Part shown: piece by piece, positions 57,215-64,000 of the stretch
Numbering within the stretch: position 1 is the stretch's first letter
Layout: each line of letters starts with the position of its first letter
Translations under genes and position numbers: made by a program
The notes under the pieces: model-generated
Told to the model about the DNA's origin: nothing
Database searches by the model: none
Seen by the model: the letters and a program-made list of their open reading frames with translations, nothing else
Source of the DNA: an uncultured Chloroflexota bacterium
GTDB lineage: Bacteria > Chloroflexota > Chloroflexia > Thermomicrobiales > UBA6265
NCBI GenBank assembly: GCA_937901745.1
Contig: CALGSZ010000130.1
Coordinates: 3,320-67,319 of the forward strand
DNA: 64,000 nt
Direction: 5' to 3'

Positions 57215-57411
57215 CACTCTCCTCCTTCCCAACAACCCAATCCCGGGCACAACAGAGGCGCCGGCTCTGATGCCCATCGCCAGCAGCCGACAGCGATATC
57301 ATGAACCAACGGTCATGAACCCTGCACCCTCTGCCGCGCGCAAGCCGTCGCCTCGCCCGCGCGCCTCAGCCTTTCGTCGCCGAGCACCTGCGAACTCTTG
57401 CACGCATCAAA

Positions 57412-57490
57412 TGTGACGAATGTCCCAATCAAATCTCCACGTTCGGCCGGTACTTTCGGCTCACTGTACTACAATGTGACGTGACTCAAC
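57412..57490. promoter_or_regulatory. two CRP/FNR-type box candidates
   Basis: TGTGA-N6-TCCCA (57412-57427) and TGTGA-N6-TCAAC (57475-57490); the second abuts TACAAT. Confidence 0.45.
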
Positions 57491-57589
57491 GCCCGTCAAT
57501 CCGGCGAGCTTGCGGTCCGAAACGATGTCTCGATCTCTGCCTGCGCGGAAGCCACGCGATCCTGCCCGCCAGACCCCGAGGAACTGCCT

Positions 57590-59437
57590 ATGACGTCTCA
57601 GCGCGGGGACGATTCCCACCGTACCACCGACGACCCACGCGGCTATCACAACGTCAACGATCTGATCCGCGCCCGCTTTCAGCGGCGCATCTCGCGTCGG
57701 GAGCTCGTTGAGCGCGCACGCGATCTCGGCCTCGCGGCACCCCTCATCGCGCTGGCGCTCCAAGTCACCGGCGACCGCGCCCTGGCGCAGCCCGACCCGA
57801 GCGCCGCGCGCGTCGTCACGGATCCCAGGCTCCAGGCGGATCGTCGTCCCGTCCCCGCGACCAAGCGCACCTCACCGAGGGGCGAGCCACGGCGTGGCGG
57901 CAGCCTCATCGCCGGCATCGTCGGCCGGATCGATACCCTGACACCTTACGTCGCCAATCTCTACGGACAGTCGTTTGATGTCCTCTCCGGCATCATGGAA
58001 GGCCTGCTCGCCATTGATAGCAAGCAGCGCCTCCGCCCCGCCCTCGCCGAGAGCTACGAAATCTCCGACGACGGGCTCGTCTACACCTTCCGGCTCCGCA
58101 AGGGCGTCCGCTTCCACAACGGCGATCCACTCACCGCGGAGGACATCGTCAAGACGTGGGAGATGATCGTCAATCAGGATCTGCCGGCGTGGTCGCGCCT
58201 GGGCTGGGAGAAGATTCGCGACATCGCCATACCTGATGAATCGACGGTCGTCGTTACCACCACGGAGATTTACGCGCCGTTCTTGACCAACATCGCGACC
58301 GGCACGTTCAACCACGGCGTCATCAGCCCGGTCAGCCAGCTCAAGAAGGCGCCGGACCGCTTCGCCCGCGAGTTCACCCGCCGGCCGGTCGGCACCGGCC
58401 CATTGCGCTTCGTCGAGAACGGCGGCGACGTCATCGTCCTCGAGCGATTCCGCGAGTACTGGGGACCGCGCGCGCAGCTAGGCCGGGTCCGGGTGCGCGT
58501 CTTCCCGAATCACGAGGAACAGCTCGCGGCGCTGCGTCGGGGCGAGATCCACATCGCAAGCCGGATCGGGACGCCGAGCCAGGACCTCCTCTCGGAGGCG
58601 CTCTCCATCGAGAACGTCACGGTCTTGGAGTTCCCGGCGCTGACGTGGGGCCATCTCGACCTCAAGCAGATCGGGTTTCTGCGGGAGACTGCCGTCCGCC
58701 AGGCATTGGACTATGCGACGCCGAAGCAGCGGATCGTTGACGAGATCCTCGGCGGGCGAGCGATTCCCGCCTTCGCCGACCAGTCGCCCGGCTCCTGGGC
58801 CTATCATCCTGACCTCGAGCCGCGCCCGTATGACCTCGTCAAGGCGCGCTCCCTGCTCTACAAGGCGGGTCTGCGCGCGGGGGAGGACGGCGTCCGCCAG
58901 CGCGATGGACAGCGCCTCGAGATCGAGCTCTGGGGCGAGGCATCCGATCCCCAAGCGCCGCGCATCCTCGAGATGATCGCCGAGAGCTGGCGCCAGATCG
59001 GCGTCGCCGCGACCGTCAAGCTTGCTCCGGCTTCAATCCTCTGGGGCCCAACCGGTTATCAGTTCAGCGACAGGATGACGGCCGGGTACTACCGCTGGTC
59101 GAACTTCAACGACCCGGACAATATGTTCTACTGGCACTCGTCGCAGATCCCAACCAGTCCGACCGGCCCCGGCGGCAACCTGCCAGCCTTCTTTTATCGC
59201 TACAACTTCCAAGACGAGATCGATGACCTAACGGCCCGCGCGGCCGCGGAAACGGACCAGCAGCAACGCAAGGAGCTCTACTTCGAGATCCAGGAGCTCC
59301 TGCGCCGGGAAGTCCCAGTCATCTTCCTGTTCTGGGACAAGTCCTACGCCGCCGCGGCCGATAACGTCGGCGGCTTCTGGCCCAGCGCCTTCACCTATCT
59401 CCTTTGGAACGTCAAGGACTGGTACCTGACGGAGTGA
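57590..59437 (+). CDS. peptide/nickel ABC substrate-binding protein (family 5), Tat signal
   Basis: ISRRELV, LAESYEISDDGLVYTFRLRKGVRFHNG, PVGTGP, VRQAL. Confidence 0.88.
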   Translation: MTSQRGDDSHRTTDDPRGYHNVNDLIRARFQRRISRRELVERARDLGLAAPLIALALQVTGDRALAQPDPSAARVVTDPRLQADRRPVPATKRTSPRGEPRRGGSLIAGIVGRIDTLTPYVANLYGQSFDVLSGIMEGLLAIDSKQRLRPALAESYEISDDGLVYTFRLRKGVRFHNGDPLTAEDIVKTWEMIVNQDLPAWSRLGWEKIRDIAIPDESTVVVTTTEIYAPFLTNIATGTFNHGVISPVSQLKKAPDRFAREFTRRPVGTGPLRFVENGGDVIVLERFREYWGPRAQLGRVRVRVFPNHEEQLAALRRGEIHIASRIGTPSQDLLSEALSIENVTVLEFPALTWGHLDLKQIGFLRETAVRQALDYATPKQRIVDEILGGRAIPAFADQSPGSWAYHPDLEPRPYDLVKARSLLYKAGLRAGEDGVRQRDGQRLEIELWGEASDPQAPRILEMIAESWRQIGVAATVKLAPASILWGPTGYQFSDRMTAGYYRWSNFNDPDNMFYWHSSQIPTSPTGPGGNLPAFFYRYNFQDEIDDLTARAAAETDQQQRKELYFEIQELLRREVPVIFLFWDKSYAAAADNVGGFWPSAFTYLLWNVKDWYLTE

Positions 59438-59452
59438 CGCCGGCTCGATGGC

Positions 59453-60499
59453 CTACCCGGCCGCTCCAGCAAGCTGGCCGCGCAGCAGAATCGCCCCAGT
59501 CGGCTGATCGCTTCCGCCCGCTGGCTCCTCGGTCACGGCGATAACATCGAACGTCGGCGCCAGCGGATCGATCGGCGCGAAGCCCTGGCCCTGCTCATCC
59601 ACGGTGAACGTTGCCCCTGGCACCGGCGGCTCCGCTCCCGGCTCACTCTGCAGGTACCACAGCTGATAGACGCGGCCGTCCGAAAGCGGCGGCATCTGGA
59701 CCAGGTAGACGACGCCGCGCTGGTCCGGAAGCGAGAAGAAGACCGTCCCCTCCGCGCCAACAGGCCCCTCCGCCGTCGCCACCATCCGCCAAGCCGTCGA
59801 GTTGGCGCGCGCGCGGATCGCCTGATTTTCCTCACGGATCGCCTGGTTTTGCTCCCGCAGCGCGGCGATCTCCCGATCCTTGTCGTTCACCCGCCCCTGG
59901 AGCGCCAACGCCCAGATGAGGACGCCGACGAACGCCACCGCCAGCACCCCCGCGGCGACCCACGCGCGCGGCCAACGCGCGACGGCATCGAGCGCGAGCG
60001 CCGACGGCTTCCGCGCGCCGGCCACGGGCCCAGCAGCCCCGCCGCGTATCCGCCCTCGCGGCCGCGCCGGCGCCATGGCTACCGCCCGCCTGGTCGAAGG
60101 CGCCTCCGCCGCTGCTGGCTCCACTCGCTTCGCTGGCGCGGCCTGAACCGGAGCCGCATCCTCGGCCTCGACAGGCGCTGCCTCCTCCGGCTCCAGCTGA
60201 GCCTGAGCCTCGCGCGGTGTCTCATCCTCGCGAACCGCGCTAAGGATGCGCTCCCGCAGCTCGTCCGGCGGCTCCGGCCCATCGGAGCCTTCCTGCGACC
60301 GAGGCAGTGCCGCCACTACTGGCGCGAGCTGCGCGACCTCCGCGCGGCAGACATCACACTCCGCCAGATGCGCTTCGAATGCCGCCCGCTCTTCTTCCGG
60401 CAGGGCGTTCAGGACAAAGGCGCCGACCGCGTCGTGCGGCGCCCCTTCCATCAGCCCACCTTCGCTGCGAGCCTGATTGGCGCCCCGATCGTCACCCAC
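59453..60499 (-). CDS. zinc-binding anti-sigma factor (RskA-like)
   Basis: H..GAFVLNAL..ERAAFEAHLAECDVC ZAS motif, TM helix, YQLW and AVTEEPAGGS..PT RskA C-domain; alternative start 60451. Confidence 0.88.
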   Translation of the reverse strand: MGDDRGANQARSEGGLMEGAPHDAVGAFVLNALPEEERAAFEAHLAECDVCRAEVAQLAPVVAALPRSQEGSDGPEPPDELRERILSAVREDETPREAQAQLEPEEAAPVEAEDAAPVQAAPAKRVEPAAAEAPSTRRAVAMAPARPRGRIRGGAAGPVAGARKPSALALDAVARWPRAWVAAGVLAVAFVGVLIWALALQGRVNDKDREIAALREQNQAIREENQAIRARANSTAWRMVATAEGPVGAEGTVFFSLPDQRGVVYLVQMPPLSDGRVYQLWYLQSEPGAEPPVPGATFTVDEQGQGFAPIDPLAPTFDVIAVTEEPAGGSDQPTGAILLRGQLAGAAG

Positions 60500-61082
60500 T
60501 GCTCGTCCCTCGTCGCCGCCGCGACCGCCGCTTCCCCTGCCGGTCCTCCAGGCCCTCGCGCAGCCGCCGCAGACCGAGTCGCAGCCGCTCCTTGACCGCG
60601 TCGCTCGTCACCCCAGTCCGCTCAGCGATCTCCGCGTGCGTCAGCCCGTCGAAATAGGCAAGCTCGATCGCCTCTCGCTCCTCCGCCGGCAAGGCGTCGG
60701 CCACGGCCCGGATGCGGTCCGCCTCGATCGCCGCCACCGCGTCCAGACTCGGATCGCCCGTCGCGCTCACCGCGCCGCGCCGCCGCTCGATGGCCAACCG
60801 CCGGACGATCGTCATCAGCCAGGGCTCAACCGCCCCGCGCTGCGCGCGGACCTCGCCCGCCCGCCGCCAGAGGAGCAGAAACGCTTCCTCGACGACCGCC
60901 TCCGCCGCCTCGCGCTCGCCGAGCAGCCGATAGGCAAGCCCATATGAGGACCGCCCATAGCGATCGTAGAGAGCCGCCAGCCCCGCCGCGTCTCGACGCT
61001 GGATCGCCTCCAGCAAGCGATCGTCATTGGCGGCCGCGTCGACGGACGCTCGTCCCGTTCCGTTGTCTCGCTGCTCGTGCAT
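60492..61082 (-). CDS. ECF sigma factor (SigK-like)
   Basis: LYDRYG..YGLAYRLL, WLMTI, LP.EEREAIELAYFDGLTHAEIAE; upstream of and overlapping the anti-sigma; ATG after GGGAGG. Confidence 0.85.
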   Translation of the reverse strand: MHEQRDNGTGRASVDAAANDDRLLEAIQRRDAAGLAALYDRYGRSSYGLAYRLLGEREAAEAVVEEAFLLLWRRAGEVRAQRGAVEPWLMTIVRRLAIERRRGAVSATGDPSLDAVAAIEADRIRAVADALPAEEREAIELAYFDGLTHAEIAERTGVTSDAVKERLRLGLRRLREGLEDRQGKRRSRRRRGTSSG

Positions 61083-61338
61083 CGCCCTCCCGCGCCGCCC
61101 ACACCTTCGCGGGACCCGCGAGGCAGCATCGCGGCGATGCTGCACACTCACCGAGTATCGTCCGGCCAATTGTACCGGCCCCCGGCCAGTCGCCGGCGCA
61201 ACCAAATCAGCGCCACCCCCTCCAGGTAGCGCAAATTTCCAGGCGAGCCAAGCATCGCGCGCTCCGCCTCCCACCCCACTCTCGCTGGGCGTTTCCACGC
61301 TGCAGATACGCCCCCGCGCTCCGTCTCCCCGCTCGAGT

Positions 61339-61387
61339 TTGACGCTACCAATCTCCATCCATATACTTGCTGAACGGTGAGCAAGTA
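61339..61387 (+). promoter_or_regulatory. sigma70 promoter overlapped by a palindromic TetR operator
   Basis: TTGACG-17-TATACT (61339-61367); TACTTGCT-N8-AGCAAGTA (61364-61387). Confidence 0.75.
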
Positions 61388-61398
61388 ATGGTGCTCGA

Positions 61399-62076
61399 GT
61401 GAACGAGAAGGAAATGCCTCACAAGCGAGATCCTGAGCGGACGCGGACGGCGATCCTGGACGCGGCGGAGGAGGTCTTCGCCGACCAGGGCTACGAGGCC
61501 GCGAGTCTCCACGAGATCGCCGAGCGCGCCGGTGTTTCGCGCGGAACGCCGAGCTACTTCTTCGGCTCGAAAGACGGTCTGTACCACGCCGTCTTGGAGC
61601 GTGCGTTCGCGAACGTCTGGGCAGAAATCGGCGAGACGCACTCGGCTGCTCTCAAGGGAGCCAAGCCAGCCGAGGCCATCGCCGCCGATATCGAAGCCTA
61701 CCTACGGTTCCTCGTCGATCATCCCCGCTTCGTTCGACTCGTGCAGTGGGAAGCCCTACACGGCGGTCGCGTGTTGCGGGAGGTGAACGCGCGGCTTACC
61801 GGCGTCGAGAACCAAATCTCGCTCATAAAGAGGGAGGTGGAGCGCGGGGCCATCCGGCCGGTCGCGCCCGATCTGCTGCTTGTCAGCTTGGTGGCGCTCG
61901 CCTGGTTCCCGGTCGCCCACGCCGACACCTTGCTCTTCATTCTCGGGATCGATCCACGCGATCCCAAGCTCATCGACCGGTATGTGGCTCACCTGCGGGA
62001 GTTCGTCCTGCATGGCATCGCCGCCGAATCGGATCGGTCGCAACCCGCGCCGGCGGTTCCGGCGAACGACGCATAA
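61399..62076 (+). CDS. TetR/AcrR-family transcriptional regulator
   Basis: ILDAAEEVFADQGY..ASLHEIAERAGVSRG..YFFGSKDGLY. Confidence 0.93.
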   Translation: MNEKEMPHKRDPERTRTAILDAAEEVFADQGYEAASLHEIAERAGVSRGTPSYFFGSKDGLYHAVLERAFANVWAEIGETHSAALKGAKPAEAIAADIEAYLRFLVDHPRFVRLVQWEALHGGRVLREVNARLTGVENQISLIKREVERGAIRPVAPDLLLVSLVALAWFPVAHADTLLFILGIDPRDPKLIDRYVAHLREFVLHGIAAESDRSQPAPAVPANDA

Positions 62077-62127
62077 CCTACTAAGTGCGCATCGCGGTCG
62101 CGCATTCTCGAAGGAGGTAGGACTCAC

Positions 62128-62928
62128 GTGATCTTCTCTCGCTTCCGCGGTTCGTCGAACGGGCTTCAGCCCACCGATCCCAACGCCATCATCCACGCCA
62201 TCGGTGTCGTAAAGACCTACCGCACCGGCACCGCCGAAGTGACCGCCCTGAAGGGCATCGACTTCGCCGTGCGTCGTGGTGAGATGGTCGCCGTGATGGG
62301 ACCGTCTGGCTGCGGCAAGACGACGCTGCTCAACTGCCTCTCTGGCCTCGACACCGTGGACGCCGGCACCATCACCCTCGAAGGGCGCGACCTGGCCAAG
62401 CTCAACGACCGGGAGCGGACCGACTACCGCGCCAAGCGGATGGGCTTCGTCTTCCAGGTCTACAACCTGCTGCCGGTCCTCTCCGCCGTCGAGAACGTCG
62501 AGCTGCCCCTCCTCGTCTCCGGCGTCCGCCCCAAGGAGGCCCGGTCGAGGGCGATGGCCGCGCTCGAAACGGTCGGTCTGACCAACTGGGCCAAGCACCG
62601 GCCGGCGGAGCTCTCAGGTGGCCAGCGGCAACGCGTGACGATTGCCCGCGCGCTGGTCAACGACCCGGCTATCGTCTGGGCGGATGAGCCGACTGGCGCC
62701 CTCGACTCGCACACCGCCGCCGAGATCCTGGAGCTGATGCGGGAGCTGAACCAGACGCGCGGCGTGACCTTCGTCATCGTCACGCACGACCCCGGCGTCG
62801 GCGCTCAGTGCGACCGCATCGTCCGCATGCGCGACGGACAGATCGTCGGCGAGGAGATTCCGACCGCCCCCGCCGCATCGCCAGATGCCATGGTCGCGGA
62901 TGGCCGAGCCGCGACCATCGCTCGGTAA
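62128..62928 (+). CDS. ABC ATP-binding protein (LolD/MacB-type)
   Basis: [36 protein letters not shown]. Confidence 0.93.
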   Translation: MIFSRFRGSSNGLQPTDPNAIIHAIGVVKTYRTGTAEVTALKGIDFAVRRGEMVAVMGPSGCGKTTLLNCLSGLDTVDAGTITLEGRDLAKLNDRERTDYRAKRMGFVFQVYNLLPVLSAVENVELPLLVSGVRPKEARSRAMAALETVGLTNWAKHRPAELSGGQRQRVTIARALVNDPAIVWADEPTGALDSHTAAEILELMRELNQTRGVTFVIVTHDPGVGAQCDRIVRMRDGQIVGEEIPTAPAASPDAMVADGRAATIAR

Positions 62929-62988
62929 CCGGCCACTCTACCGATTTCGTCGCGGCGCCGTGAGCGCCTGAGGAACATAAACGAAGCC

Positions 62989-64000
62989 ATGAACGAGATT
63001 TTCGGGGTGCCGATCACCTCGATCGTGATCGGTCTGCTCATCCTGCTCTCCATCTGCCTCCTGTTCGTTGCGTGGGTGGCATGGAGGCGTCCCGTCATCT
63101 TCAAGCTCGGCATCCGCAACATCCCACGCCGCCGCGCCCAGACCACCCTCATCGTCGTCGGCCTGATGCTCTCGACGCTGATCATCGCCGCGTCCCTCGC
63201 CACCGGCGACACCCTGAATCACTCGATTACCGCCGCGATCTACGACCTGATAGGCGAGGTCGATGAGATCGTCGTCTACAGCCAGGACGTCGAGGGCGAG
63301 ACGAACTCGTCGCTCAGCCACAAAATCCAGGCCGACTCCTTGACCCTCGTCGAAAACGCGCTCGCCGATAACCCGAACGTCGAGGCGATCGGCGGCATCC
63401 TCTTCGAGGAAGTGCCGGTCATCAACGAGACGACGCGCCAGTCAGAACCGGTCGCCACCCTCGTTGGCATCTCGCCCGCGACCGTTGATGCGTTCGGCGG
63501 AATCAAGAGCCTCGACGGCGCGCCGATCGATCTCGCGGCGACGGCGCCGGACGAGGTCGTCCTCAGCGAGACGGCCGCCGATCACCTCGATGCCAGCGTC
63601 GGCGACCGCCTCACCACCTACTACGCGAACCAGCCCATCAACCTGACCGTGGCCGCGATCGCGCCCGACTCCGTCCTGACCGGCGTCTTCGATCCCGGCA
63701 ACGCCGGCATCCTCATGCCGCTCGACCGCATGCAAGCGGCGACCGGGCAGCCAGACCAGCTCAGCGCGATCATCATTTCGAACGCGGGCGACGCTCGTGC
63801 CGGCGTTGCCCTGAGTGACGCGGTGGCCGATGCGCTGAAACCCGCCCTCTCTGGCCAATCCCTCGGCGTCGTCACCCTCAAGCAGGACGCCATTGAGATG
63901 GCCGAGCAAGACTCCGAGGCCTTCACCAGCCTCTTCCTGGTCTTCGGCCTCTTCTCGATCGCCGCCGGCATCTTGCTGATCGTCCTGATCTTCACCATGC
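62989..64000 (+). CDS. FtsX/MacB-like ABC permease (partial, runs off window)
   Basis: ORF from ATG 62989 reads MNEIFGVP..KLGIRNIPRRRAQTTLIVVGLMLST; extracytoplasmic domain then TM FGLFSIAAGILLI; absent from ORF track because there is no stop. Confidence 0.85.
   Translation, partial: MNEIFGVPITSIVIGLLILLSICLLFVAWVAWRRPVIFKLGIRNIPRRRAQTTLIVVGLMLSTLIIAASLATGDTLNHSITAAIYDLIGEVDEIVVYSQDVEGETNSSLSHKIQADSLTLVENALADNPNVEAIGGILFEEVPVINETTRQSEPVATLVGISPATVDAFGGIKSLDGAPIDLAATAPDEVVLSETAADHLDASVGDRLTTYYANQPINLTVAAIAPDSVLTGVFDPGNAGILMPLDRMQAATGQPDQLSAIIISNAGDARAGVALSDAVADALKPALSGQSLGVVTLKQDAIEMAEQDSEAFTSLFLVFGLFSIAAGILLIVLIFTM

Overview
GC-rich chromosomal window that looks like Chloroflexota, probably Thermomicrobiales. 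That assignment is an inference from gene families, Tat-exported solute-binding proteins and ATP/SP-rich linkers. I see no phage, IS or CRISPR. In order it holds: (1) a 13-gene minus-strand run linking a Liv-type ABC importer, class-III aminotransferase, M20/CPG2-like peptidase, GS-like gamma-glutamyl ligase and amidohydrolase directly to folB-folE-folP-folK; (2) a divergent AceE/MdeB-like ThDP enzyme and a flavin reductase; (3) amtB plus an unannotated 44-aa membrane peptide; (4) two paralogous GT-C (TIGR03663-like) membrane glycosyltransferases, one with an NHL propeller; (5) two orphan PotD-like lipoproteins; (6) an envelope-glycan operon led by a clan GH-A protein that has lost both catalytic glutamates, followed by two O-antigen-ligase-family genes, a flippase-like gene, GT4, a small membrane peptide and MoxR; (7) a GAF-GAF PdtaS-like kinase, glcDEF, EVE/2Fe-2S/OsmC, tmRNA, GT2, DUF4388 with a DegS/DegU-like pair, SDR, sugar ABC, DoxX, amidase and tag; (8) a SelW/Rdx selenoprotein (CxxU with SECIS-like hairpin) truncated in the ORF track; (9) a peptide SBP, an ECF sigma/anti-sigma pair and a TetR-controlled ABC exporter. 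The best candidates for undescribed biology are the pseudo-glycosidase/dual-ligase operon with the GT-C pair (a possible protein or cell-surface glycosylation system) and the amine-glutamylation operon coupled to folate synthesis. All product calls come from motif recognition by eye; no database search was run.
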